64,000 nt of DNA from Alphaproteobacteria bacterium. Lineage in GTDB: Bacteria; Pseudomonadota; Alphaproteobacteria; GCA-2731375. Within the stretch, counting starts at the first letter, position 1. The number at the start of each line of letters is the position of its first letter. The notes beneath the pieces were generated by a model, which was not told the DNA's origin, ran no database searches, and saw nothing but the letters and a program-made list of their open reading frames with translations. Below are positions 10,951-23,101 of the stretch, in pieces. Where the stretch lies: positions 5,120,001 through 5,184,000 of the forward strand of contig CBDDPY010000002.1 of the NCBI GenBank assembly GCA_965232515.1. Reading direction: 5' to 3'. Made by a program: the position numbers and the translations under genes.

Positions 10951-11133
10951 TGCGCCGACCTCGTTGGATGGCTTGGCTGCGGTGGCTATGGCCGTTTGCT
11001 CCGTCGTTGCTGCTCGTCGACAGTATCAGAGGACCCTATTGTAATACCAATGGGTATGAATTTTGTGCACATCTTTCGTGACAGGTTCATGTAAGAGATA
11101 TGCGCTCTTTGCGTGTATTTTTCAACTCACAAG

Positions 11134-11709
11134 CTAATTTTTGGCGTATCGGTTGGCGCGGATCGCCGTCGCCGATCCCGGATGGCGCCGAGCCTGGACG
11201 AAGCACCAGGCCGGCGGCGGGGCGCCGGCCAGCGCCCGCGGATCGCGGATCCGCCGGTGCCGGAACCTTGTTGCCGCTTTGCCGGTCAGGGCGGCATAGG
11301 AGTAGGACGGCCGGTCGAACACGGCAACCGGCATGCTGGTGAAGATCTCTGTCCAGCGCTGCCATTTCGGCACCTGAATGAGGTTGTCCGCGCCCATCAG
11401 CCAGACGAAACCGAGATTCGGAAATCGCTGCCGCAGCCGGACAAGCGTATCGGCGGTAAAGCGGGTGCCCAGCCGGCGTTCGATATCGGTGACCCTGATG
11501 GCGGGGTGGCGCGCCGCCGCGCGGGCGCTCGCCATGCGCTCGGCCAGCGGCGCCATGCCGGCGGTCGATTTCAGGGGGTTTTGCGGCGACACCATCCACC
11601 AGACCTGATCCAGGCCCAGTCGCTGGAGGGCCAGCAGGCTGATGTGCCGGTGGCCGTCATGCGCCGGGTTGAACGACCCGCCGAGCAGCCCGACGCGCAG
11701 CCGCGCCAT
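11134..11709 (-). CDS. nadD: Nicotinate-nucleotide adenylyltransferase
   Basis: GGSFNPAHDGH, WLMGADN, SATAIR. Confidence 0.97.
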   Translation of the reverse strand: MARLRVGLLGGSFNPAHDGHRHISLLALQRLGLDQVWWMVSPQNPLKSTAGMAPLAERMASARAAARHPAIRVTDIERRLGTRFTADTLVRLRQRFPNLGFVWLMGADNLIQVPKWQRWTEIFTSMPVAVFDRPSYSYAALTGKAATRFRHRRIRDPRALAGAPPPAWCFVQARRHPGSATAIRANRYAKN

Positions 11710-11730
11710 GGAAGCGAATCCGGGTCCCGG

Positions 11731-13017
11731 TCAGGGGCGGGTCTGGCCGCTGCCGCGCACGACGTATTTGAAGCTGGTCAGCTGCTCCAAACCGACCGGC
11801 CCGCGGGCGTGCAGGCGGCCGGTCGAGATGCCGATCTCGGCGCCCATGCCGAATTCGCCGCCATCGGCGAACTGCGTCGAGGCGTTGTGCAGCAGGATCG
11901 CGCTGTCGACGCCGTTCAGGAACCGTTCGGCCGTGGCCGCGTCCTCCGTGACGATGGCTTCCGTGTGGTGCGAGCCGTGCTGCTCGATATGATCCATGGC
12001 AGCGTCGACGCCATCGACGGTGCGCACGGCAATGATCTCGTCGAGATACTCGGTGTCCCAGTCGGCCTCGCTTGCCGGCTTGACCCGGGTGTCCAGCGCT
12101 TGTGTCCTGGCGTCGCCGCGTACCTCGCAGCCGGCTCCGATCAGATCGTCGAGGATCGCCGGCAGATGGCTGTCGGCGACGGCGCTGTCGACCAGCAGCG
12201 TCTCGGCCGCGCCGCAGATGCCGGTGCGGCGCATCTTGGCGTTGAGCGTGATCTCGCGGGCCATGTTGGGATCCGCCGCGCGGTCGACATAGACATGGCA
12301 ATTGCCTTCGAGATGCGCGAAGACCGGGACGCGGCTCTCGTTCTGCACCCGCTCGATCAGCGACTTGCCGCCGCGCGGCACGATGATGTCGATGCAGTCC
12401 GTCATCGTCAGCATCATGCCAACCGCCGCCCGATCGCGCGTCGGCACCAGCTGGATCGCGGCCGGCGGCAGGCCGGCGGCCTCGAGGCCCTGAACCAGGC
12501 AGGCGTGAATGGCGCGGCTGGAGTGGAAGCTTTCCGAGCCGCCGCGCAGAATGGCCGCATTGCCGGCTTTCAGGCACAGCGCGCCGGCGTCCGCCGTCAC
12601 GTTCGGCCGGGACTCGTAGATGATGCCGATGACGCCGAGCGGGATCCGCACGCGCGCGATCCGCAGGCCGTTCGGCCGGGTCCATTCGTCGATCACGTCG
12701 CCGACCGGATCGGTCAGCGCGGCGATGTCCTCCAGCCCCTTGGCCATGGCCTCGATGCGGTCGTCGTTCAGCATCAGCCGGTCCATCAGCGCCGGCGTCA
12801 GCTTGCGCTCGCGGCCAAGCTCCATGTCCTGCGCGTTGGCGGCCTTGATGGCCGCGCGCTCGGCCCGCAGCGCCGCCGCGGCGGCGGCCAGAGCATCGTT
12901 CTTGGCGGCCGTCGTGGCCGTCGTCAGGGCCTGCTGCGCTTCGCGCGCCGCCCGGCCCAGTTGCCGCATCTCGGATTCGAGATCGATCGTCTCGTCCAGA
13001 TTTTCCGCGACGCTCAT
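11731..13017 (-). CDS. proA: Gamma-glutamyl phosphate reductase
   Basis: [44 protein letters not shown]. Confidence 0.98.
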   Translation of the reverse strand: MSVAENLDETIDLESEMRQLGRAAREAQQALTTATTAAKNDALAAAAAALRAERAAIKAANAQDMELGRERKLTPALMDRLMLNDDRIEAMAKGLEDIAALTDPVGDVIDEWTRPNGLRIARVRIPLGVIGIIYESRPNVTADAGALCLKAGNAAILRGGSESFHSSRAIHACLVQGLEAAGLPPAAIQLVPTRDRAAVGMMLTMTDCIDIIVPRGGKSLIERVQNESRVPVFAHLEGNCHVYVDRAADPNMAREITLNAKMRRTGICGAAETLLVDSAVADSHLPAILDDLIGAGCEVRGDARTQALDTRVKPASEADWDTEYLDEIIAVRTVDGVDAAMDHIEQHGSHHTEAIVTEDAATAERFLNGVDSAILLHNASTQFADGGEFGMGAEIGISTGRLHARGPVGLEQLTSFKYVVRGSGQTRP

Positions 13018-13020
13018 GTC

Positions 13021-13976
13021 TTAGGTCCCCTGCTTGACGGTGATTTTTACGTTATCACGGGCGCTGATCCGCGCGCCAGCATCGGCCGGCGCCAGGGCGG
13101 CGCTGTCGAACTGCGTCAGCCGATTGCCGCGGATCACGCGGAGCAGGTCCGCGACATAGTCGGCGCCGCGTTCGGAATAGCTGGTCAGCGTCGTCGCCAG
13201 GACGTTGCCGCCCGGCGCCTGCCCGTCCTTGCCGGCCGTCGCGCGCAGGCCGCGGAACTCGCCATAGGCGCGATGCGTGTTCAGGTTATGGGCATAGGCC
13301 GCGACCGAGGCGGCCAGGTTCGGAAACGACCGGACCCGGAAGGCCGTATCGGCATCGACATCCAACGGCGTCATGCCGGCATCGACCCGCCAGATCCGCT
13401 GACCGAACAGCGCGTTGCCCTTCATGGCGAAGCGGGACGTACCCCATCCCGACTCCACCGCCGCCTGCGCCAGCGCCAGCGACGGCGGCACCACGTTGAC
13501 GCGGCGTTTCAACATAGAGAGCGTGTCGGCCGAGGTTCCGTAGCGTCTGGCCAGCTTGTTCAGCCAGGCCTTGTCATCGTCCGAGCGGGACTGCGGCGCT
13601 TTGTCGGCGAGCGCCAGCAGGCGCCGGCGGTCGGCGGCGATGCCTTCGTTCACGGCCAGGATCAGCGGCAGCATCGCGGCGATGAACCGGCGTTTGCGCT
13701 TACGGGGGTCTTCGATCGATCGCCAGTCGTCGGGCAGGCGCCGTAGGAACAAACGCGGCACCTGGGCCTCGCCGCGGCGGATTGCCGCCAGGGTGAAGCC
13801 GTTGTCTTGCAGCCGCGCCTCCAGGCTCGCGACGCTGCGCACCGTGACGGTTTGCGTGATGCCGGCCGTCGTCGGCGTCGGTGCCGGCCAGGTCAGGCAA
13901 GCCGCCAGCAGGCCGGTCGCCATGCCGATGGCGAGACCGCCGAGCAGGCCGACGATGCCCCTGTCGCGGCGACCGC

Positions 13977-13980
<4 letters not shown>
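13021..13980 (-). CDS. Bax-like glucosaminidase-domain (GH73-like) protein
   Basis: N-terminal hydrophobic anchor; ALAQAAVESGWGTSRFA, NALFG, NLNTHRAY, YSERG motifs. Confidence 0.9.
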
Positions 13981-16171
<2,191 letters not shown>

Positions 16172-16180
16172 TCAGCCACG

Positions 16181-16210
16181 AAAAAGGGGGAATGGCAACC
16201 CATTCCCCCG
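16181..16210 (-). terminator. Rho-independent terminator after rplU-rpmA
   Basis: GGGGGAATGG/CCATTCCCCC-type hairpin followed by a T run on the minus strand. Confidence 0.8.
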
Positions 16211-16237
16211 CAATGGAAATTGCGCCTGCGGGCGCGC

Positions 16238-16495
16238 TTACGCCGGCGGCTCCACCGAGACGAAGGTGCGGCCGCCGCGCTTCTGCTCGTACTTCACCTG
16301 GCCTTCGACCAGCGCGAAGATCGTGTGGTCTTTGCCCAGGCCGACATTCTGGCCCGGCTTCCACTTGGTGCCGCGCTGGCGCACGATGATGTTGCCGGGA
16401 ACGACGCGCTCGCCGCCGTATTTCTTGATACCCAGCCGCTTGCCAATGGTATCGCGGCCGTTGCGCGAACTGCCGCCTGCCTTTTTATGCGCCAT
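16238..16495 (-). CDS. rpmA: 50S ribosomal protein L27
   Basis: [25 protein letters not shown]. Confidence 0.99.
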   Translation of the reverse strand: MAHKKAGGSSRNGRDTIGKRLGIKKYGGERVVPGNIIVRQRGTKWKPGQNVGLGKDHTIFALVEGQVKYEQKRGGRTFVSVEPPA

Positions 16496-16501
16496 GGCGG
16501 A

Positions 16502-17086
16502 TTACTCCTCTGACGTCTCGTCGTCGGCCTTCTTGGCCTTGGGTTTGGCCTTCGCCTTCGGCTTGGCCTCGTCCTTCGGCGCCGCCTCGGCCTTGGGCTT
16601 GGCGGCCGCCTTGGGTTTCGCCGCCGCCTTCGGTTTCGCTTCGGCGTCGTCGCTCTTGGCTTTCGGCTTGGCCGCCGGCTTCGCCTTCGCCTTTGGCTTG
16701 GCCTCGGCGTCCGCCGCCGGCGCCGCGTCGGCCTTCTTGGCCTTCGGCTTCGCCGCGGCCTTCTTGGCCCCGCCGGCCTCGACGATCTCGGTGATCCGCA
16801 CCACCGTCTCGTGCTGCCGGTGACCCGCGGTGCGGCGATAGCCTTTCCGGCGCTTGCGCTTGAAAACGATGATCTTGTCGGCCCGGCGCTGCTCGACGAC
16901 CTCGCCCTGGACCACGGCGCCGTCCAGCAGCGGCGCGCCGACTTTGGCGGCGCCGTCGCCGCCGACCATCAGGACCTTGTCGAAGGCGATTTTCTCGCCG
17001 CTCTCGGCCGCCAGCTTCTCGACGGCGATCACGTCGTCTTTCGCGACGCGGTATTGCTTGCCGCCGGTCTGGATGACTGCGTACAT
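16502..17086 (-). CDS. rplU: 50S ribosomal protein L21 with Lys/Ala/Pro-rich C-terminal extension
   Basis: MYAVIQTGGKQY, FKRKRRK, GHRQ; directly upstream of rpmA. Confidence 0.98.
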   Translation of the reverse strand: MYAVIQTGGKQYRVAKDDVIAVEKLAAESGEKIAFDKVLMVGGDGAAKVGAPLLDGAVVQGEVVEQRRADKIIVFKRKRRKGYRRTAGHRQHETVVRITEIVEAGGAKKAAAKPKAKKADAAPAADAEAKPKAKAKPAAKPKAKSDDAEAKPKAAAKPKAAAKPKAEAAPKDEAKPKAKAKPKAKKADDETSEE

Positions 17087-17161
17087 GATCGGGCCTTTTT
17101 GGACCGTTTCCACGAAATAGATCAAGGATCGGGCCCCTCCGGGCCCGGCCCAAGCTGGCGT

Positions 17162-17190
17162 GGTATACGAGCCCGGCCGGGGCCTGTCAA
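17162..17190 (-). promoter_or_regulatory. Sigma70-type promoter for rplU-rpmA
   Basis: Minus strand reads TTGACA-N17-TATACC. Confidence 0.7.
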
Positions 17191-17244
17191 CGGCTTTCGG
17201 CCCCTCTGAAAGGGGTCTCCCGGACGGGGGCCGTGACGTCATGC

Positions 17245-17273
17245 TTGCGCCCCCGGTCCGACGCTTTTATGAA
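17245..17273 (+). promoter_or_regulatory. Candidate sigma70-type promoter for tRNA-Ser
   Basis: TTGCGC-N17-TATGAA, 30 bp upstream of the tRNA. Confidence 0.5.
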
Positions 17274-17303
17274 AGGCGCCCAGAGGCCGATCAGCCCATC
17301 AGC

Positions 17304-17393
17304 GGAGGGGTGCCGGAGTGGTCGAACGGGGCGGTCTCGAAAACCGTTGTACCTTTGCGGGTACCGAGGGTTCGAATCCCTCCCCCTCCGCCA
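17304..17393 (+). tRNA. tRNA-Ser (anticodon CGA)
   Basis: 90 nt cloverleaf: GGAGGGG/CCCCTCC acceptor stem, GCGGT-CTCGAAA-ACCGT anticodon arm, long variable arm, GGTTCGAATCC T arm, encoded CCA. Confidence 0.98.
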
Positions 17394-17515
17394 ATTACCG
17401 CTGATCGTGCGATAACTCGATACGCCATGGACGACCGCTTAGCGGGACGATGCGGGCTTTCGAACAACCAATATCAATGACCGCTTCCGATCTAGGACCA
17501 TCTCAGAGACTATCC

Positions 17516-19219
17516 TTACGGCCGCAAGCCCATTTCGGTTCTGGCTTCTTGCAGATCGATCCTTGCCTTCACGCCGTGCTTTTCTAGAAGGTGCAAAAGA
17601 TGTGATCCGGTCATGAGGGTGAGTGGTTTATCAGAGGCAAATTTGTGAGCATCGGGTCCGTAATCTGCTGTGGTCACAAGGATACCCTTAATCGCCCCTT
17701 CACTCATTGTTGTCCCGTAGAGATCGCGCACCGCTGCAACACCAACAGTGCGCGTATAACGCTTGGCTTGAATGACAATCTTGCCGCCGCTGATCGGATC
17801 AGGATCGAAAGCGACTGCATCGACTCCACCGTCACTGCTGGATTGCGTGATGCGCACTTCGCCGCCTCGGGAGGCAAACTCCTTCTCGAATAGTTCTCGC
17901 ACCAAGTGCTCGAACTCTTCCCAATCCATTGCGGCAAGGTTTGTCGTCCCATTGCCCGCAATCTCAACGGCTCGTGCATCGACAAAACGCTTATCGGTTT
18001 TCTGAAACTCAACGATTGGCGCAATTGGCGTAAGACCCACGAGTGAAGCGGCAGATACCCCCTTGAGCGATTTGAAGCAGACTTTAGGCTCAACCTGTTC
18101 AAGATTGATCGCCAAAAACTCGTTTTTCTTCGCCATGACAGAAAGAATGGTCGACGTAACCTGCTGGCCCGTGGCGCGGTCAATCGACTCCGTCCAGCCG
18201 TTGAAGGCAATGCTCTCAAGATGATTGAGGCTATCAGCTTCGAATAATTCGTGCAGTGTCCGTAGACAGATTTGATAGCACAGATCATCGAATAGCGTCT
18301 TCTTGTCGCGCTCACTGATGCTGATTTCTTTCAACTCGCCCGTCGAGGCAACAAATCGGACGGATTTGGTTGTCGGCAGATCATCGGGCGTAGGCAACAG
18401 ATACTCTACTAGAAGCAACTTGGATTCAGGATCATATTGAATCTCCCACTGCTTGGGCACCACTTCGTCATGCTCGGATGCTTCAAGCACGATTGAAGCA
18501 TGCTCCTCGACCGCCTCGGGTTGACCGTCGCGCCATGCTGCCTCAAGAGCATCGACCTTCGCATTTTCTACGACCTGCTTATCGAGAAACGCCTTCTCCT
18601 GCGCATCTTGCTCGGCGTTCCACGCATCTCGGCTCTTGACCCATTCGGCATGAGCATCCGCATTCTTCTTTTCAACGCGCTCGACTTCGGCGTTATATTT
18701 ATCCAGCGCTTCTAGATATTGACGTTCGATTTTCTTGCGCTGTCCGAACAATAACTGAAAGAACCCAACTTGAACGGGTGACGGTGCGGAAGAACCGATG
18801 AGCTCTTTCTTTTGTTGTTTCGTATATTTCTTGCGCTCAAATCTCGAATGATCTTTGAGAACGTCCCAATCAACCGCATCATCCACCAACAGCGTGTGGT
18901 GCAGTGTCGTTCTGAGATGGTCACGGCGAAGCTCGGCTTCGGCGGTTAAGTCCTCGGCACGCTCTTTTCCTGTGGCGGCATCCTGTTTCTTAACGTGTGC
19001 TGCGTATTTCTTGTCCCATTGAGCCATCAGCGTATCGACCTTGTTTTGCAAGATCGAAACCTCGGGAGCGCTTAGCTCTTTATGAAGATCGAGCGCGGTG
19101 TGTCTGAAATCGATGTAGTAGCGCAAGATGCGATCACCCGCCGCGCTGAACTTGGCGCGCAGCTCTCCAGCCTGAATATTCTGAAGATTTGAAGACTGAA
19201 AGTTAATTCTTTCGGGCAT
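17516..19219 (-). CDS. Mrr-type (type IV-like) restriction endonuclease with long N-terminal region; alternative TTG start at 19249
   Basis: C-terminal Mrr_cat motif (MDWEEFEHLVRELF...DGGVD...IQAKRY...VRDLYG...GILVTT). Visibly lower GC than the flanks. Confidence 0.88.
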   Translation of the reverse strand: MPERINFQSSNLQNIQAGELRAKFSAAGDRILRYYIDFRHTALDLHKELSAPEVSILQNKVDTLMAQWDKKYAAHVKKQDAATGKERAEDLTAEAELRRDHLRTTLHHTLLVDDAVDWDVLKDHSRFERKKYTKQQKKELIGSSAPSPVQVGFFQLLFGQRKKIERQYLEALDKYNAEVERVEKKNADAHAEWVKSRDAWNAEQDAQEKAFLDKQVVENAKVDALEAAWRDGQPEAVEEHASIVLEASEHDEVVPKQWEIQYDPESKLLLVEYLLPTPDDLPTTKSVRFVASTGELKEISISERDKKTLFDDLCYQICLRTLHELFEADSLNHLESIAFNGWTESIDRATGQQVTSTILSVMAKKNEFLAINLEQVEPKVCFKSLKGVSAASLVGLTPIAPIVEFQKTDKRFVDARAVEIAGNGTTNLAAMDWEEFEHLVRELFEKEFASRGGEVRITQSSSDGGVDAVAFDPDPISGGKIVIQAKRYTRTVGVAAVRDLYGTTMSEGAIKGILVTTADYGPDAHKFASDKPLTLMTGSHLLHLLEKHGVKARIDLQEARTEMGLRP

Positions 19220-19850
19220 CGTAGTTATCCGGGATCGTTCGGTTGCCAACGTGACATTTGCCGCCCCGTCGGATCAAGCGTCGAATAAGACTTGAGCGGC
19301 CATTCGTGCATTGTACAGCATCCGTCACTTTGGGTTCGAAGCTGTTATTGAGGACAGAAATATTCAGGAGCGCACCAACTGCGGTACAGGCGTAGCTGAT
19401 TGGTAAGCTCTTCAGCAGGGATGGGCAGTACTGCGCATTCCGGGATTTTACTATTATAGGGCCATAGCGAAACAATAGTGCGCATTCATTTTCACGCACG
19501 GCCCGCCATTTCCATAGAACGGCTCCGTTTTCGAACTGCGGATCTGATCCGGTAGCCGAACAGAGGCGTTTGGCGGGCCTTGTGCAGCGCGTTATCCTGC
19601 CAAAAAGAACGATCACGCACGGCTAACGCCCTACCATCTCATGGAGAAGCCCCACCGCCGATGTTCACCAACTGCTGATGCAGTCGTGATTAGTGACGCG
19701 GTAAGTTGAGGCTATATCGGATGTAACGTGGTGTGCGCTGTGTTTCGCTTGAGACTCATTCCGTTTGAATCGTGCGCTGCGGGTTGCACAGGCAAACTCG
19801 TTGGCGGCTTGTGCGTCTAAGGACGAAACAGGCAGGCGAAAGGCGCATTT

Positions 19851-21236
19851 ATGGCATCGGCAATGAGCTCTCAATCCCGCCTCTTCTTTGTTGGGCTGTT
19901 GGCAGCGCTTTCGCTGTTGTGGACCGATGCGCTGCGGGCTCAGAACGCGACGCCGCTGCCGGATTACGTGATCGAGAAATTCGGCAACCCGCCACCCGTA
20001 CCGGAAGGTCTGCTGTCCGAGGAATTGCGGTCGGCCGTACAGGTTGCCTTTGTCGACAGCATGGCGAAATCAAGCTGGGGACGAGATCAGACATTGGCGC
20101 TGATCGAAATCTCAGAGTCGAAAGACCCCCGGCTTGCCTGGATCATCAGCGATTTGATGCGCTTCGCCAGCGGGCCCGACCTGAACGCGATCCTCGCCAA
20201 GGCCGCCTCCGATTTGCTGGGTAGGAACTTACTGACTCAAAACGCGTGGGGGGACGTGACCGACCATCTCATCGCATGGGATATTCCGGCGCCCCCCGGC
20301 TACCTCGCGGTGAAACGGGCGATTTTTACGAGCATCATTCCTGGCTGGGACAGGATCTTTGTCGAAGGCGATATCGACTGGCGGCTCGTTTCGTGGGGCG
20401 GCGTGCTGATCGACGATCGCCCGCACGACAAGACCGACGAGCTGTGCAATTGCATTCCCGCCGCGGATAACCCGGAAGTAACCAACGCCGAAGACGCCAC
20501 CTGGCTCAAGGACGATGACATCGTCTTCGGTATCACGGTGAACGGTGAATCGCGCGCCTATCCGCGACGCATCATGGAAGTGCGCGAGATGGTCAACGAC
20601 ACGTTGGGCGGACGCGATCTCGGCATTCCCTACTGCACGTTATGCGGCGCCGCCCAAGCCTACTTCACCGACCAACTGCCCGAAGGAATTGAACGGCCGA
20701 TTCTGCGCACGTCAGGACTGTTAATCCGGTCCAACAAAGTGATGTATGACCTGAACACCTATTCCGTGTTCGACACGTTCTTGGGTCACGCGGTAACGGG
20801 CCCGCTTGCGGAGAAGAATCTGCAGCTAAAGCAGGCCACGGTCGTCACAACGGACTGGGGACGGTGGAAGCGAGATCACCCCGACACGACGGTGCTGGTC
20901 GAACGGCTGGCGCTTGGTCGCGATCCGGATTTTCGTAACACAAGGGATGCGAATGGACCGATTTTTCCGATCGGTGATATCGATCCACGTTTGCCGGTTC
21001 ATGAGGACATCATTGGCGCCATCACCGCGTCCGGCAAGCCGGTGGCGTTCCAGCGAAGCAAGGCATTTGTGGCTTTGACAAACGGCGAAGAGATCACGTT
21101 TGAAAATGTTCGCCTGGAACTTGACGCCGGCGGCATAAGAGCCGTGGATGCGGATGGCGCCGATATTGGCAGCCATCAGGCCTTCTGGTTCGCCTGGTCG
21201 CAGTTCCACCCGCAAACGGCGCTCTGGCCCGAGTAA
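19851..21236 (+). CDS. DUF3179-family exported protein (start could be 19863)
   Basis: Signal peptide; IPAADNP, RAYP, EMVND, YCTLCG, TSGLL..SN.VMYD, FWFAW..FHP pattern. Confidence 0.8.
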   Translation: MASAMSSQSRLFFVGLLAALSLLWTDALRAQNATPLPDYVIEKFGNPPPVPEGLLSEELRSAVQVAFVDSMAKSSWGRDQTLALIEISESKDPRLAWIISDLMRFASGPDLNAILAKAASDLLGRNLLTQNAWGDVTDHLIAWDIPAPPGYLAVKRAIFTSIIPGWDRIFVEGDIDWRLVSWGGVLIDDRPHDKTDELCNCIPAADNPEVTNAEDATWLKDDDIVFGITVNGESRAYPRRIMEVREMVNDTLGGRDLGIPYCTLCGAAQAYFTDQLPEGIERPILRTSGLLIRSNKVMYDLNTYSVFDTFLGHAVTGPLAEKNLQLKQATVVTTDWGRWKRDHPDTTVLVERLALGRDPDFRNTRDANGPIFPIGDIDPRLPVHEDIIGAITASGKPVAFQRSKAFVALTNGEEITFENVRLELDAGGIRAVDADGADIGSHQAFWFAWSQFHPQTALWPE

Positions 21237-21312
21237 GGCGACCTCGGAATCGAACGGTTGTCGTCGTTAGATATCTTCCAACGCCGCGAAAACATCATCA
21301 TAGGGGTCCGAT

Positions 21313-22314
21313 CTAGTCTCCGGCGACCATCCGCCACAGTTTGCCGAGGCTTTCGCGGGCGTGTTCACGGTGGGTTCGGTAGCGGACGTGGGCGGTCGGC
21401 GGTGCGTCGGGGGCGAGTTCGATCGACCAGAGGGCGCTCACGTTGTTGGGCAGGAACGAGTAGCGGACGTCGATGATCCGGTTGGGGTGCTCCGGGTCTT
21501 TCGCCACGAAGCCGTCGCTGAACCAGCGGAAACGTTCGATGTCGTGGGCCTGTTGCGAGGCCGGATCGAGCCAGGGCAGGTCGCGGGCGGGATCCAACTT
21601 CGGTACCGAAACACCAGGAAACGCCGTAGGCAGGACGCCCGCGCGCACCGCGTCCACGTAGAACCGGTCCGGCGTCTCGTAGATGGTCTTCCAGACCAGG
21701 ATGTTGGCGAAGCTCGGCTTCACCTCAAGGCGGAGCGGCATATGCCCACGTGCGGCCGCAACCTCGCCGGCCATGGTCCGCGCCGCCTGGTGCTGCAGCG
21801 CGCCGGCCGCCAGATAGAGGCCGGCCCAGGCCAGCGCGAGGCGCGCCAGCGCCGGTTTTCGCCGCAGGCCGGCCATGACGATCAGGAGCACGATGGGGAG
21901 CGTGAACAGCGGGTCGACGATGGAGACGATGCTCCAGGAAAACCGCGCATCGCTGAACGGCCAGAACAGCATCGTGCCGTAGGACGTGGCCGTGTCGAGC
22001 AGGGCGTGCGTCGCGTAGCCCAGCGCGCAGAACAGGAACGTCCGCGCGAAGGACAGTTGCCAGCGCCGTCCGACGATCCAGTGGAGCGCCAGCGCGCAGA
22101 TCAGGCCGCCGACCGGAATGAAGACCAGCGAATGGGTGAACTGGCGATGATATTCCAGGAACAGCAGCGGGTCGCTGTCGGAGCGGATCAGCACGTCCAG
22201 GTCCGCCGCCATGCCGGCGACGAAGCCCAGGGCCCCGGCGATACCGACCTGGGTCTTGTGGCGCGTCGCCTGCGGCAGCGCCGCCCCCAGCGCGCCTTGC
22301 GTCAGCGGATCCAT
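21313..22314 (-). CDS. Membrane-bound metal-dependent hydrolase (YdjM-like)
   Basis: MDPLTQ..LG, DLD, HRQFTHS, HALLD..TSYGT, IVDP motifs; several TM helices. Confidence 0.88.
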   Translation of the reverse strand: MDPLTQGALGAALPQATRHKTQVGIAGALGFVAGMAADLDVLIRSDSDPLLFLEYHRQFTHSLVFIPVGGLICALALHWIVGRRWQLSFARTFLFCALGYATHALLDTATSYGTMLFWPFSDARFSWSIVSIVDPLFTLPIVLLIVMAGLRRKPALARLALAWAGLYLAAGALQHQAARTMAGEVAAARGHMPLRLEVKPSFANILVWKTIYETPDRFYVDAVRAGVLPTAFPGVSVPKLDPARDLPWLDPASQQAHDIERFRWFSDGFVAKDPEHPNRIIDVRYSFLPNNVSALWSIELAPDAPPTAHVRYRTHREHARESLGKLWRMVAGD

Positions 22315-22454
22315 CGGTCGGCGATACCTGCTTGCTACACGAAACCGTGGCGCATCATTGCCCCAGCCGTCGGCCTCGACGCAACCGCGACGGTGGGCTC
22401 ATCGTGCATTTGATCTGAATTTCGCCTGGCGAACGTCGATTGCGATGTACGCAG

Positions 22455-23021
22455 TCACTTTTCCGCGCCGAACTGCGCCAGCAGCGCCTTCTGAAGGTCC
22501 TGGCGGAGGGAGTCGTCGCCCGTCGCCCGAGACAGGATCACGGCGCCGAGGAGCGAGGCGAGCAGGTGGGCGGCGCGCGTCTCGGTCATGTCGGATGCCG
22601 CGTGATCGCCGGCGATCACGGCAAGCGCCCGCGCCAGCCCCTCGTTATAGGCGTTCCGAGCACCCGCGCCGCCGCGGCTGACATCCAGGCTGAGCGTCGG
22701 CAGGAGGCAGCCGCCGCCCGGGTCGTCGACATGCTTCCGCCCGACATAGAAGTCGATCACGTTCCGTATCCAGGCATCGTCGCCCTTGTCCCGGGCGGCC
22801 GCCAGAAAATCCACCAGTCGATCCATTCCGTCGGCGACCACGGTCTCGAACAGGTCGTCCTTGGATCCGAACTGGCGGTAGACCGCGCCCGACGTGACGC
22901 CGGCGGCCGTGGCGACGGCGTCGACGCCGCCGCCGGCCTCGCCGTTCTCCCGGAAGACCCGACCGGCCGCATCGATCAAGGCACGGCGGGTCCGCGCCTT
23001 GTGCTCCTTCGAGTAACGCAT
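22455..23021 (-). CDS. TetR/AcrR family transcriptional regulator
   Basis: MRYSKEHK, HTH AGVTSGAVYRQFGSKDDL; divergent from an MFS gene. Confidence 0.92.
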   Translation of the reverse strand: MRYSKEHKARTRRALIDAAGRVFRENGEAGGGVDAVATAAGVTSGAVYRQFGSKDDLFETVVADGMDRLVDFLAAARDKGDDAWIRNVIDFYVGRKHVDDPGGGCLLPTLSLDVSRGGAGARNAYNEGLARALAVIAGDHAASDMTETRAAHLLASLLGAVILSRATGDDSLRQDLQKALLAQFGAEK

Positions 23022-23066
23022 GCGCCACCTCCTTGACACGACTCTATCGCATCGCGCATCATTCGT

Positions 23067-23090
23067 TATAGATAACGATCACTATCTATA
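23067..23090. promoter_or_regulatory. Candidate TetR operator
   Basis: Inverted repeat TATAGATA-N8-TATCTATA in the 80 bp divergent intergenic region; TTGACA at 23033-23038. Confidence 0.7.
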
Positions 23091-23101
23091 GAGGCGATTT
23101 C

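Noticed and set aside
11113-13746. 877 aa plus-strand ORF
   Set aside because: Antisense shadow of nadD, proA and the Bax-like gene.
16520-16770. Tandem DNA repeats suggestive of an array
   Set aside because: Explained by AKPKA codon repeats in the L21 tail; no repeat-spacer structure, so not CRISPR.
17370-17393. attR duplication of the tRNA 3' end marking an integrated element
   Set aside because: No second copy spotted by eye in the window and no integrase; a copy could lie beyond the window.
19675-19830. Hammerhead-like fragments CTGATGC and GTC-TAAG-GAC-GAAAC
   Set aside because: The CUGANGA core is not intact or adjacent to the stem, and stems I and III cannot be built.
22348-22362. 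Sigma54-like TGGCGC...TTGC motif
   Set aside because: GG to GC spacing is 9 nt rather than the required 10, and it points away from the adjacent gene.
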